Positions 9,145 to 19,001 are shown, numbered from the stretch's first letter. The stretch: 64,000 nucleotides of DNA from Methanothrix sp. (GCA_963682135.1 OY821645.1:864001-928000), one strand, 5' to 3'. The notes: generated from the letters alone by a model not told the origin. Numbers and translations are program-made.

Positions 9145-10173
9145 CTAAAAAATCTCCTTCCAGTCGTTCTTCATGCTGACTACCTGCCAGCCCCATTCTC
9201 CAGCTATCCCAAGCCCTTTATCCAATCTTCCAATCACGGATGCATTATCATAGGCATACTCCCGGATTGGATCATCGTGGTGGCTTAGCAAACCCAAGGC
9301 CTGGCCTTTGCCTCCTGTGGTGAACTTCAGCATGGGAATATCTCCATCCGAGTTGCCGCAGGCAAGGATGGGACGAAGTCCGATGTTCTGCATAATTTCC
9401 TTAGGTTTCTCCTGACCGTCATCGATAACCAGGATTTCCGGAAGCTTCACGACCGAGCAGCTACTATTATTTTCAATGAACTGTAGCTTAAAGGCCGAAC
9501 CTATCACCTGTTCTGGAGAAATTGCATATACCTCCTCCGAGAAGGCACGCACAAAGTCCTCGTCTCCACCCGTCACTATGTAGATTTTAAAGCCCTCGTC
9601 TCGCAGATAGCCGAGCAACTCTAACATGGGTTTGTACACGCACTTGGTGTACGGCTGCCCGAATTCAGGATTCTCGGATCTGCTCAGCCAGTCTCTTGCC
9701 AGGCTCATGTATTCGTCAGCAGTCAAATTCGAACTGGTGGCGACATAGATTTGCATTGCCTCTTTGGCACTGAAGTTGCCGGTGGCAAATCGTTGGCCGG
9801 ATAGGATAGAACTGAACGGCTCCGTGTCATTCCATTCGGGGTGTTCCGGGGACATATCCTTAACTCGATCGAGCATGAAACGAGACTGGACGTAATCCGG
9901 ATACTCGCACCACAAAGTGCCATCGTTGTCAAAGGTGGCGATGCGCTCAGAAGGTTCTACATAGTTCGGATTGCTCATGTTAGTAATATTTGCCACAAAA
10001 CTGAGAATGGCAATTTTTGCAGATCCCTCGTTCCAAGATGGCAGAGGATCTATTACACCCTGAATGGATGAATCCGGATTTGTATCAGCGACATTGGATT
10101 CAAGCGCAAAGACAGATGATGTCATAAATACAATGGCTAAAACAAACAGGGCCAGATACCTAATAATCTTCAT
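9145..10173 (-). CDS. secreted HAD-superfamily phosphatase
   Basis: Signal peptide; FDNDGTLW motif I, VTGG motif II, GNSDGD motif IV. Confidence 0.85.
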   Translation of the reverse strand: MKIIRYLALFVLAIVFMTSSVFALESNVADTNPDSSIQGVIDPLPSWNEGSAKIAILSFVANITNMSNPNYVEPSERIATFDNDGTLWCEYPDYVQSRFMLDRVKDMSPEHPEWNDTEPFSSILSGQRFATGNFSAKEAMQIYVATSSNLTADEYMSLARDWLSRSENPEFGQPYTKCVYKPMLELLGYLRDEGFKIYIVTGGDEDFVRAFSEEVYAISPEQVIGSAFKLQFIENNSSCSVVKLPEILVIDDGQEKPKEIMQNIGLRPILACGNSDGDIPMLKFTTGGKGQALGLLSHHDDPIREYAYDNASVIGRLDKGLGIAGEWGWQVVSMKNDWKEIF

Positions 10174-10301
10174 ACTTTCACCGCATCCATTTTTATTTTC
10201 TTCATTTTCTGGTTAAATATATATGCGCAATGTATTTGAAATTTGTCCAACAGAAGACCGAGATACATATATATTGGCCTTTGCGCCTATGAGATCTTCA
10301 C

Positions 10302-10508
10302 ATGGCAATGCTAATTGGAATGATGTTGACCGCAGCAGGGGTTGCTCTACTAGGCAAAGTGATAAAGGAAAGCATCTGGCCACAGACGAACTCAGTGAAA
10401 GGTGCTCGTAACTCCCCGGAGATGGTCATTGAAATCGATGAGTACGAAATAGTAGATGAAACTCAGAATCGTCCTTCCGATGGCTACAAAGTGGAGATCC
10501 TCGATTAG
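10302..10508 (+). CDS. small membrane-anchored hypothetical protein
   Basis: N-terminal hydrophobic helix, acidic tail, AT-rich TATA-like sequence upstream. Confidence 0.5.
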   Translation: MAMLIGMMLTAAGVALLGKVIKESIWPQTNSVKGARNSPEMVIEIDEYEIVDETQNRPSDGYKVEILD

Positions 10509-11053
10509 TACACTGATTCATTAGATATTTCGAATCTGGAAAAAAATTCGATTTTAATCCTGACAGATAGGGAATTGGATATCGTGCGATTTTATCCATG
10601 AAAGCAGCAGTCAAGCCAGAAGTGTAGTCTTCGGAAATTGAGCGGAATATGCATATACAAGTTAATCATTATTAATAGTGGTGATTGTCGATGGACGGAT
10701 TTACAGTTGCATTCCTATTATTATGGGCACTGGGCATCTTGATCCTCTCTGGATGGAAAGGACTGGTTAGATTCGGAGCATCTTTGCCATTGTTGGTCCT
10801 GGCCATTGAACGTTTGGCATCTCTAAGAATATCATGAAGGTATTCAGGCAACGCGATTGGGCTCCTCGCGATGGTTGCTTTCTCCCCTTTGTGATCCACA
10901 TGGTTTGCCGCTTTGCGCAGCCAATCCATAACCGTTTCCCCTTCCAATCTATTAGCTCTGCAACTTAAACTCTATTTTTCTTTCCCATGCCAAATTGATG
11001 GGTATATAAGGTCAAAGGGTTTCGGGACTATGCAATTCCATTGAGTTTTAGAA

Positions 11054-11479
11054 TTGGAAATATATGCTAGTCCAGGTGAGATTTGGGTGAATGAGATGAT
11101 CAGCAAGGCGGCGGCGAAAGCCTCTTCGGAGAAGGTCTTCCAGATGCTGGCCTACGGTGCATTGAAGGCCCGGGCGTCCAGAATAGCACCCAACCAGATC
11201 ATCCGCATCGGGGAATTCGATCTGATGGTAGCCGAGGATGAAAACGGCGATGGTCAGGTGGTACAGATAATCCTGCCACTGGAAGATATGCAGGGCATGG
11301 CCCTGGCCAGGGCCCGCGAGCTGGACAGCTCCGTGGATGGCTGGAGCGATAGGGAGAGAAGGGAATGGCTGGCTGCATTCTGGGTGGAGCTGGCCCAGTA
11401 TTTGACCAAATGGCAAGGCATCAAAATGCGTCGCGGACCGGGAGAGAATATCACCTTCGAGAAGGCAGTCAGCAGGTGA
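11054..11479 (+). CDS. hypothetical protein
   Basis: 141-aa ORF with host-like codon usage; no motif recognised. Confidence 0.65.
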   Translation: MEIYASPGEIWVNEMISKAAAKASSEKVFQMLAYGALKARASRIAPNQIIRIGEFDLMVAEDENGDGQVVQIILPLEDMQGMALARARELDSSVDGWSDRERREWLAAFWVELAQYLTKWQGIKMRRGPGENITFEKAVSR

Positions 11480-11557
11480 TTTCCAGTCCGGTGAAACGCA
11501 AGATTAGGATTGAATTCCTGATAATACAGATGCATATTTACAGAGAATCGATTTAGG

Positions 11558-11629
11558 GGCCGGGACCGGGATTCGAACCCAGCTCGAGGGATCCACAGTC
11601 CCTCAGGATAACCACTACCCTATCCCGGC
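11558..11629 (-). tRNA. tRNA-His(GUG)
   Basis: Minus strand GCCGGGATAGGGTAGTGG...GGGACT-GTG-GATCCC...GGTTCGAATCCCGGTCCCGGC-C; 7-bp acceptor stem, T-loop, C discriminator. Confidence 0.95.
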
Positions 11630-11689
11630 ACGCCAGGATTGCAGTCTATTGCAAGGAGATAAAACTTTCCCCGTGTTGTGCCAGTCACA

Positions 11690-11764
11690 GCAAAAGCCTG
11701 TGATGTAGGAGGGAGAAAAAATTGGCTTTTGCCAATAATGAGTACGACGCTTGACGAATATAAG
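11690..11764 (-). ncRNA. candidate hairpin sRNA B with its promoter (anti-SD loop)
   Basis: TTATAT box, then perfect 9-bp stem GCAAAAGCC/GGCTTTTGC enclosing CTCCCTCC; paralogue of the unit at 11803-11880. Confidence 0.5.
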
Positions 11765-11802
11765 CATCTCGCTTTAGGCGATCGACGTGGATAATGGGAG
11801 GG

Positions 11803-11880
11803 GCAAAAGTCGAGTCCTTGGGAGGGATTGGGTTCTTTCGACCTTTGCTTAACCTCACAACGACATTAGACGAATATAAG
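11803..11880 (-). ncRNA. candidate hairpin sRNA A with its promoter (anti-SD loop)
   Basis: TTATAT box, then 11-bp stem GCAAAGGTCGA/TCGACTTTTGC (one G-U pair on the minus strand) enclosing TCCCTCCC. Confidence 0.5.
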
Positions 11881-11973
11881 ACTATCGGTCCGAAAAAAAA
11901 AACTGCCATTTTTCTCTGCAGCCCATTGCCCAGGCAAAAGAGTCAATACATTTGCCGCAGAAAGCAGTGAAAT

Positions 11974-12912
11974 ATGATCTACACGATTACTCTCAATCCG
12001 GCCCTTGACCGTACCATCTGGATCCAGAAGGTACGCGATGATGTATCCAATCGCATCTTAGAAGAGAGGAGCTTTGCAGGAGGCAAGAGCATTGATGTCT
12101 CCAAGGTCCTCAAGAACCTGGGAATTGACAACATCGCTTTAGGATTCGTGGGTGGATTCGCTGGCCGAGAGCTGGAAGGCAGGCTGCTCAATGAGGGCAT
12201 CCAGACGGATTTTGTTCATGTCTCGGGCGAGACGCGCACTAATATCATCATTCATGAGACGGAGATGGGAAAGCAATTGGCCTTCAATGCTCGCGGCCCG
12301 GAGATCAAGCCGTCCGAGCTTATGGAGTTCGTGGAGCTGCTGGAAAGGCTGCCTTGCAGCGATCTGGTGGCCATCGGCGGCAGCCTTCCCCAGGGCGTCA
12401 CTCCCGAGATCTACAGAAAGATCATAACCCTGGTCAAGAGGTGCCAGTCTACCGTGGTGCTGGATGTTGACGGCGCTGCCCTGCGCGCGGGAATTTTAGC
12501 CAAACCTGATGTGATCAAACCCAACATTCATGAGCTGTCCGAGCTGGTGGGCAGGGAACTTGAAGGACTGGATGAGATTCGCGCCGCAGCCAGAGAGATC
12601 AACCGGCAAGGCGTGAGAATAGTCCTCGTATCCATGGGTGGAAGGGGCATCCTGCTGGTCTCGGAAGGCCATGAGTATCTGGCCGTGCCGCCCAATGTGA
12701 ATGTGCAGAGCACCATTGGAGCGGGAGACTCCTCTGTAGCTGGCTTTGTGAGCGGCATGGTTCAGGGCAAGAGCCTGAAAGAGTGCCTGGTCTATGCCGC
12801 AGCGGCCGGGACGGCTACCACTCTTTACCAGGGGACTGCGCTGGCCCAGAAGGAAGATTTCGAGAAGCTGGTGCCGCAGGTGAAGCTTACAGTACTATCC
12901 GAGAAGGCGTAA
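11974..12912 (+). CDS. pfkB: 1-phosphofructokinase-family (PfkB/FruK) hexose kinase
   Basis: TITLNPALD, GGKSIDV, GETRTN, KPNIHEL and STIGAGDS signatures. Confidence 0.9.
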   Translation: MIYTITLNPALDRTIWIQKVRDDVSNRILEERSFAGGKSIDVSKVLKNLGIDNIALGFVGGFAGRELEGRLLNEGIQTDFVHVSGETRTNIIIHETEMGKQLAFNARGPEIKPSELMEFVELLERLPCSDLVAIGGSLPQGVTPEIYRKIITLVKRCQSTVVLDVDGAALRAGILAKPDVIKPNIHELSELVGRELEGLDEIRAAAREINRQGVRIVLVSMGGRGILLVSEGHEYLAVPPNVNVQSTIGAGDSSVAGFVSGMVQGKSLKECLVYAAAAGTATTLYQGTALAQKEDFEKLVPQVKLTVLSEKA

Positions 12913-12944
12913 GAGTGGAAGACCAAAAACGAGAACGAGGACGA

Positions 12945-13862
12945 ATGAAAATGGCAGATGATATCGTAATTCCTCTGGATGTGCCGCAGGAAAGCCGTTC
13001 AAAGTACAAGGAGAACTATCTCAAGATCACCAAAGGCAGTGGACGGCTGATGCTCTTTGCAGGAGATCAGAAAGCAGAGCATCTTAATGACGATTTCTTC
13101 GGGCAGGGGATAGATCCGCAAGATAATGATCCCGAGCATCTTTTCCGCATTGCGTCCAAAGCCAACGTCGGCGTCTTTGCCGCTCAGCTCGGCCTAATCG
13201 CTCGCTATGGCATGGATTATTCCAATGTGCCTTACCTGGTGAAGCTGAACTCCAAGACCAATCTGGTGGAGACGGCTCAGGCAGAGCCCGTCAGTATGCA
13301 ATGGATAGATGTCGCTCAAGTTGTCGATTTCAAGGAGCAGAGCGGCCTCGCCATTCTGGGGGTGGGATATACCATCTATCTAGGAAGCGAACGCGAGGGA
13401 GAGATGTTGACCCAGGCAGCGCAGTTGATATTCCAGGCCCATCAGGCGGGGCTGGTGACGGTGCTCTGGATCTACCCTCGCGGAAAAGCAGTGAAGGACG
13501 AGAAAGATCCTCACCTCATCGCCGGAGCGGCGGGGGTAGCAGCCACGCTTGGCTCTGACTTTGTCAAGGTCAACTATCCCCAGAAATCCGGCCAGGATTC
13601 TGCCCGGATCTTCCGGGAGGCGGTGCTGGCTGCGGGCCGCACCGGGGTGGTCTGCGCTGGTGGAGGGAGTACTGATGCCCAGGTATTTTTGCAGAGGCTT
13701 CATGACCAGATCCATATCAGTGGCGCTTCAGGAAACGCTACTGGCCGAAACATCCACCAGAGGCCACTGGCTGAGGCGATACGTCTCTGCAATGCCATAT
13801 ACGCCATCACTGTGAAGAATGTCGGCGTGGATGAGGCCTACAAGATCTATCGGGGAGACTAG
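12945..13862 (+). CDS. class I (DhnA-type) fructose-bisphosphate aldolase
   Basis: AGDQKAEH, GYTIYLGS, WIYPRG, Schiff-base DFVKVNYP and GRNIHQ motifs. Confidence 0.88.
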   Translation: MKMADDIVIPLDVPQESRSKYKENYLKITKGSGRLMLFAGDQKAEHLNDDFFGQGIDPQDNDPEHLFRIASKANVGVFAAQLGLIARYGMDYSNVPYLVKLNSKTNLVETAQAEPVSMQWIDVAQVVDFKEQSGLAILGVGYTIYLGSEREGEMLTQAAQLIFQAHQAGLVTVLWIYPRGKAVKDEKDPHLIAGAAGVAATLGSDFVKVNYPQKSGQDSARIFREAVLAAGRTGVVCAGGGSTDAQVFLQRLHDQIHISGASGNATGRNIHQRPLAEAIRLCNAIYAITVKNVGVDEAYKIYRGD

Positions 13863-14022
13863 TTCAGTCGGGTCCGGTTTCACGCGAAGCCGCGAAGATG
13901 CATAGTCAAGACATTGGTTTATAGGAAAGCAGGCAGAAGACCCGCTCCCTTTAGGGGGCGGGATGAATGCCGTACCTACTGCATTTGAAACTGAAGCGAA
14001 ATCTATATTTAGTTAGGGGTCC

Positions 14023-14415
14023 ATGGATATATTGATGGATAAAACAAGATACGCACACTACAATATCAACTACCATCTTGTCTGGATACCTAAGTATCGT
14101 AGGAAGGTGTTGGTTGGTACAATCAAGGCGGATCTTGAAAATTTCATCCATGAAATAGCGGCGAAGCTTGGAGTCAAGATTGAATCCTTGGAGGTTCAGC
14201 CAGACCACATACATCTCTTTGTTTCAGCTCCTCCGAGATATTCACCAGCAAACCTGATCAATGCCTTCAAGGGTGCCACATCGAAGCGACTGAGAAACAA
14301 GTACCCATATCTCAAGTCTTTGCCCTCGATGTGGACAAAGACATACTATGTAGGTACTGCTGGTAATGTCTCGGCTGAAGTGATCAAGCGATATATCGAG
14401 GAATGCCAGGGATGA
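14023..14415 (+). CDS. tnpA: IS200-type Y1 (HUH) transposase
   Basis: YHLVWIPKYRR, DHIHL (HUH), MWTKTYY, catalytic YIE..Q. Confidence 0.95.
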   Translation: MDILMDKTRYAHYNINYHLVWIPKYRRKVLVGTIKADLENFIHEIAAKLGVKIESLEVQPDHIHLFVSAPPRYSPANLINAFKGATSKRLRNKYPYLKSLPSMWTKTYYVGTAGNVSAEVIKRYIEECQG

Positions 14416-15557
14416 AGACTGCCTACAAGTTCAGGATGTACCCTAACAAGCAACAAGAAGCTTCGTTAGACTTGACTCTTGATACTTGCAGGCATCTCTA
14501 CAACCGAGCATTGGCTGATAGGAAGAATGCCTATGAACAGAAAGGCATCAGCCGAAGCTATGAAGATCAGGCAGCAATGCTGGTTGTCGAGAAAAAAGAT
14601 GGTAATTTCAAAGCCGTCTTTTCTCAGGTACTTCAAGATGTTCTTCGCAGGTTGGACAAGTCTTTCAAGGCATTCTTCAGACGAGTCAAAGCTGGCGAAG
14701 CACCAGGATATCCTAGATTCAAGGGTAATGGGTGGTACAAGTCGTTCACCTATCCGCAAGTCGGTTTCAAGCTCGATGGTTCGACGCTGAATCTATCCAA
14801 GATCGGCTCTATCAGGATCTTCAAGCACAGGGAAGTCGAAGGCAAGATCAAGACCTGCACCATCAAGAAGGATCTTCTGGGTAACTGGTATGCAACTCTG
14901 GTATCTGAGATCGCGGATGTACCAACAGTAGAGCCAAAGAGCGCTATTGGTGTAGATGTGGGCTTGAATAGTCTGGTTGCTCTTTCTAGTGGTGAAACGG
15001 TTGAATATCCGAGGTACTATGTTCAAGCTGAAAACAAGCTTGCAGTAGCCCAAAGGAACCTTTCGAGAAAGATGAAAGGATCAGCAAACAGACTTAAGGC
15101 AAAAGCCAAAGCTGCAAAGCTACATCAAAAGATCCAGCACCATCGAGATGAGTTCCTGCATCAAGTATCCAGGATGATTGTAGATTCAGCCGACCTAATT
15201 GTATTTGAGAACCTTAATATTTCAGGTATGCTTAAGAATCACCATCTTGCAAAGCATATTCAAGACCATGCATGGGGAAAGCTAATCCAGTTCACTCAAA
15301 GCAAAGCTGCAAAGGCTGGCAAAGTGGTAGAACTGGTAGACGCGAGATACACATCTCAAAAATGCTCCCAGTGTGGTATAATGGTTCCTAAGACGCTGGC
15401 AGAAAGAGTCCATCTTTGCCCTAACTGTGGGCTAGAGATGGATCGAGACATAAATGCCAGCTTGAACATTCGCACCCTCGGACTGAGGGGAAGAGCCTAT
15501 CAAGATCCGACCCCTACTTTGAGCAAACTATCAAAGCAAGTTAGATCGATGACGTAG
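14412..15557 (+). CDS. tnpB: RNA-guided endonuclease TnpB
   Basis: AYKFRMYP N-terminus; RuvC GVDVG, VFENL, DRDINA; zinc finger CSQC..CPNC. Confidence 0.95.
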   Translation: MKTAYKFRMYPNKQQEASLDLTLDTCRHLYNRALADRKNAYEQKGISRSYEDQAAMLVVEKKDGNFKAVFSQVLQDVLRRLDKSFKAFFRRVKAGEAPGYPRFKGNGWYKSFTYPQVGFKLDGSTLNLSKIGSIRIFKHREVEGKIKTCTIKKDLLGNWYATLVSEIADVPTVEPKSAIGVDVGLNSLVALSSGETVEYPRYYVQAENKLAVAQRNLSRKMKGSANRLKAKAKAAKLHQKIQHHRDEFLHQVSRMIVDSADLIVFENLNISGMLKNHHLAKHIQDHAWGKLIQFTQSKAAKAGKVVELVDARYTSQKCSQCGIMVPKTLAERVHLCPNCGLEMDRDINASLNIRTLGLRGRAYQDPTPTLSKLSKQVRSMT

Positions 15558-15616
15558 GAAGCCCTGCCCCTTTGGGGGCATGGGAGGAAGTCACTTCGGC
15601 CTCAGGATAAAGAAAA

Positions 15617-16336
15617 ATGGCGAAACTGGTATTGCTGCGGCACGGACAGAGCCTCTTCAACCTGGAAGGCAGGTTTACAGGCTGGTTGGATATCGATCTG
15701 TCCGAGAGAGGCAAAGCTGAAGCAGGGGAAGCGGGCCAGCTCATGAAGAGTTGTGGCCTTACCTTCGACATCGCCTTTACCTCCGTCTTGAAGCGAGCCA
15801 TCAGAACGCTCTGGATCGTGCTCGATGAGATGGATCAGATGTGGATTCCGGCTCTTGCCTGCTGGCGGCTCAACGAGCGTTTTTATGGAGAACTGCAAGG
15901 CAAGAGCAAGAAGGAGACTGAGGAGCTGTACGGGATAGCGCAGGTGCAGCGCTGGAGAAGGGGCTTTTCCGAGAGGCCGCCCGCTGTGGCCGCAGACGGC
16001 GATCGCAATCCCTGCCGGGATGATCGTTACAGGGATGTGCCGGAGAGCATGCTGCCTAAAACAGAGTCATTGCAGGACACGCAGGAGCGGGTGCTGCCCT
16101 TCTGGCAGGCCCTGATCGGGCCGGAGCTGGAGAAGGGCAAGAACGTCCTGGTTGTATCGCACGGCAACACCATTCGCGCCCTGGTCAAGCATCTGGAAAA
16201 TATCTCCGATCAGGAGATTGAAAAAGTGGAGATCGCCACGGCCCATCCTCTGGTCTACGAGCTGGATGACCGGATGCGGGTAGTGGGCCACAGTTATCTG
16301 GGAAGCGCACAGGTCGGCGAAAGAGAAGGAAAATAG
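15617..16336 (+). CDS. gpmA: 2,3-BPG-dependent phosphoglycerate mutase
   Basis: LLRHGQS..N..FTGW.D, LNERFYG.LQG, SHGNTIRAL. Confidence 0.93.
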   Translation: MAKLVLLRHGQSLFNLEGRFTGWLDIDLSERGKAEAGEAGQLMKSCGLTFDIAFTSVLKRAIRTLWIVLDEMDQMWIPALACWRLNERFYGELQGKSKKETEELYGIAQVQRWRRGFSERPPAVAADGDRNPCRDDRYRDVPESMLPKTESLQDTQERVLPFWQALIGPELEKGKNVLVVSHGNTIRALVKHLENISDQEIEKVEIATAHPLVYELDDRMRVVGHSYLGSAQVGEREGK

Positions 16337-16381
16337 GCACAGAAGACTAACATCTGATGGAATTTTAGAGGTGTGTAAGGA

Positions 16382-17326
16382 ATGGCTTATGCGGTAGAGA
16401 TCATATCCATGGGGCTGAAGGAAGAGCTAGTTAAGAAATATGCAGACCAGGTGCTATACGAGATAAAGTCGGAGATTTACGGGTGCTGCATCAAGCTTCT
16501 TACGGGCAGCTTTTCCGTCAAGAATGCCTGGGAAGAGAGCTTCTATTTTGCTTCCCAAAACATTCGCTCCCACGGGCGGCTTTATGTTCTGGTGGACAAA
16601 ACGGTTGGGGAGAACCAGGTTTACTACGATCCTCAATCCAAGAGCTCTTTTCTCTTTAACATGGACTACTATGGATGGATTAAGTCACTGGCGCTCTCTC
16701 TGGCGGGAGATATCCTGGAGGACGATCACGGCATCTACTCAGTGCACGGTGCCTGTCTCGATTTGCGGGGCAGGGGTGTTTGCATATTGGGCGGATCCGG
16801 GGCAGGCAAGACCACTCACACCTACGGGCTTCTGCGTAGCCCCAAAGCGCGCGTCGTCTCAGACGACTGGTTCTTTGCAAGAATTTTCGGAGAGGAGATA
16901 CTGGCCTACGGATCCGAGAAGAATTTTTACATCCGCGCCGATCTTGCTGATATCTGGAAGGAGTTTTCCAGGCTGGTCGATAAAGCAGTCTTCGATGAGA
17001 AAGGGCGGGCAGTGGTGGACTTGCGCTGGGTGATCGGCAAAGGGCGCATCCTGCCACTCACAACTATGGAAAATGTGATCCTGCTCAAGCGGGATCCCGG
17101 CCAAGAGGAGATGGTACGGGAGCTGGACGACAAGGAGGCGCTGGCCATACTGGAGAAAAATGGCTACTACAATCCCCATCTGCTGGTGAAGAGCGACTTC
17201 AAGCGGGTTCTTCGAAGCCGCTTTTTCGAGGCGCTCTTTGCCCGGGCAAAGGTACACGAGGTCAACACCAGAGGGACGCCGGAGGAGAGCCAGAGGGCGA
17301 TTCGGGAGATATTGGGGGACGGGTAA
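16382..17326 (+). CDS. HPr-kinase/PEPCK-like P-loop protein of unknown function
   Basis: VHGAC..G.GVCILGGSGAGKTT...VVSDDW (His, Walker A and DD of the HPrK/PEPCK fold). Confidence 0.7.
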   Translation: MAYAVEIISMGLKEELVKKYADQVLYEIKSEIYGCCIKLLTGSFSVKNAWEESFYFASQNIRSHGRLYVLVDKTVGENQVYYDPQSKSSFLFNMDYYGWIKSLALSLAGDILEDDHGIYSVHGACLDLRGRGVCILGGSGAGKTTHTYGLLRSPKARVVSDDWFFARIFGEEILAYGSEKNFYIRADLADIWKEFSRLVDKAVFDEKGRAVVDLRWVIGKGRILPLTTMENVILLKRDPGQEEMVRELDDKEALAILEKNGYYNPHLLVKSDFKRVLRSRFFEALFARAKVHEVNTRGTPEESQRAIREILGDG

Positions 17327-17328
17327 GG

Positions 17329-17784
17329 GGATGGCTGGCAGATAAAGATCCTGCCAACGAGACTTACTACGAAGAGCGTTATAATGAATATGCAAAGAGC
17401 TTCGATGCCGTCGAGCCGACAGAGTCTGAGAAGAAGCAGCTCAACCAGACCCAGGTTATAGTCATGCTCTGGCAAAAAGATCCCGTGCAAAACTGGCTGG
17501 GCATGAATGTGGTCAACTTCTTCGCACCTGAGTTTGCCATGAATGGAACCAAAACGGCTGCCAAGATCGTGGACGATATCAACGCCAACCCCGGAAAATA
17601 CCGGAACGTTACCTACGTCATCGAGAATATGCAGTCCGGGGAGCTGGCCAAGGGCATTGAAGAATCGCTGAAGGACAAAGGCATCAATGCCACTCGCGTC
17701 ATCTTCACCAATTTCCCGGGATCTGTGCCGGGAGCGGATACCATGGCAGAAGTGCTGAGTTACAACAAGCACCTGGTGCTCTAG
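17329..17784 (+). pseudogene. 5'-truncated ZnuA/TroA-like metal-binding protein
   Basis: Frame reads WLADKDPANETYYEERY...MAEVLSYN with no N-terminal half; begins at the stop of the preceding gene. Confidence 0.6.
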
Positions 17785-18348
17785 GCCCTTCGTACTCTTT
17801 AAAGACGCAAGAGACTTGGCCTTCTGCAATAAAAGAACTCGTTAATTAATGGCTTGGTGCCGGTAATCGGCTCCAAGCCAAAATGCAGAGACGCCCTCGA
17901 AGACGTTTATGCTGCGATCCGGGCGAGGAGGTCTACTACCGCTCGACTGATCTGGTGGCAAAGCTGAAAGCCCAATACGGCCTGGACCTGCAACAATATT
18001 CTCTGGCGTCTGCAAGCGCTCACCTCTACCAAGAATTTCTTTCCCGAATTTCCTGCGACATAATTCAAAAAATGTTAACACGTATTACACTAAACTATAG
18101 TAAAATGTTTTATAGTATGAGTGCGGTAATAGTATATTATGTTAATAAGCAAGTTCGATGGGAACTCTAAGAAAGTCATCCGATCGGAAATACGCTACTT
18201 CGATAACGACCAAAATCCCGTTTCCAGGGACCGAGCCACCTGGGCGGTGTTCCGAGAGGTGGACGAAAACGGAGCCCTTCTCTTTGAAGCGCAGGGATTC
18301 ATAGATTAGCGAATGTCCGGAACTAAACATAGCATTTTTTTATTGGAA

Positions 18349-19001
18349 CTATAACTGTCTATCAACCTCGGATCGGGGATTCAGCTTCTCTCTTATTCCG
18401 TCACCGAGCAAATGAAAAGCCAATACCGTGACGGTTATGGCAGTTCCCGGAAAGACCATCATCAGTGAATGGGATCGGATGAAAGGCCGGGCATCATTCA
18501 TCATCGATCCCCACTCCGGAGTGGGCGGCTGAACGCCAAGACCGAGAAAGCTCAAAGAGGCCGCACCTAAAATGGCATAGCCTACGCTCAATGTGGCCAT
18601 AACCAGGACAAAAGGAAGGATATTGGGCAGAATATGTCGGCCCATGATATAGAGATCCGAGGAACCGAGACTCTTGGCTGCTTCCAAAAACTCTTTTCCC
18701 TGGAGCGATAGGACCTCGCTTCTCACCAGTCGAGCGTAGCCGGTCCATTCTACCAGAATTAAGGAGAGCATCAGGTTAGCTAGACCGGATCCAAGGAAAC
18801 CTATCACCGCCAGGGCCAGGAAAATGCTGGGAAAGGAGAGGAAGGCATCAACCAGGCGCATGATTGCCTCACCCAGAACGCCTCCATAGTATCCCGCCGC
18901 TCCACCCAGGATTATGCCGATCAAGGCAGAGAAGAGCACCACGACAAGTCCGACAAAAAGAGATATTCTGATTCCGAAAACCACGCGGCTGAATATGCAG
19001 G
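18349..19001 (-). pseudogene. 5'-truncated DppC/NikC-type ABC permease
   Basis: CIFSRVVFGIRISL, EFLEAAKSLG (EAA loop), LGLGVQPPTPEWG; N-terminal TM and GTD motif missing; partner subunits absent. Confidence 0.78.

Larger units (their letters stand above)
13923..15594 (+). mobile_element. IS200/IS605-family element (tnpA+tnpB)
   Basis: Left hairpin CCCGCTCCC-TTTA-GGGGGCGGG with AAGA at its foot, 15-18 nt after TTAT (13919-13922); right hairpin preceded by GAAG and followed by terminal TCAC (15591-15594); no TSD. Confidence 0.88.

Noticed and set aside
10672-10947. 91-aa minus-strand ORF
   Set aside because: No recognisable motif and a TTG start; cannot be supported or excluded
11558-11629. 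tRNA-His as an island attachment site
   Set aside because: No duplicated tRNA 3' fragment or adjacent integrase found in the window
11738-11900. Repeated TTLDEYK peptide on the + strand as twin micro-ORFs
   Set aside because: The second copy has no nearby start codon; the repeat is better explained as a minus-strand promoter motif
17883-18330. Short ORFs between the ZnuA-like and DppC-like remnants
   Set aside because: Possibly gene debris, but no family could be recognised
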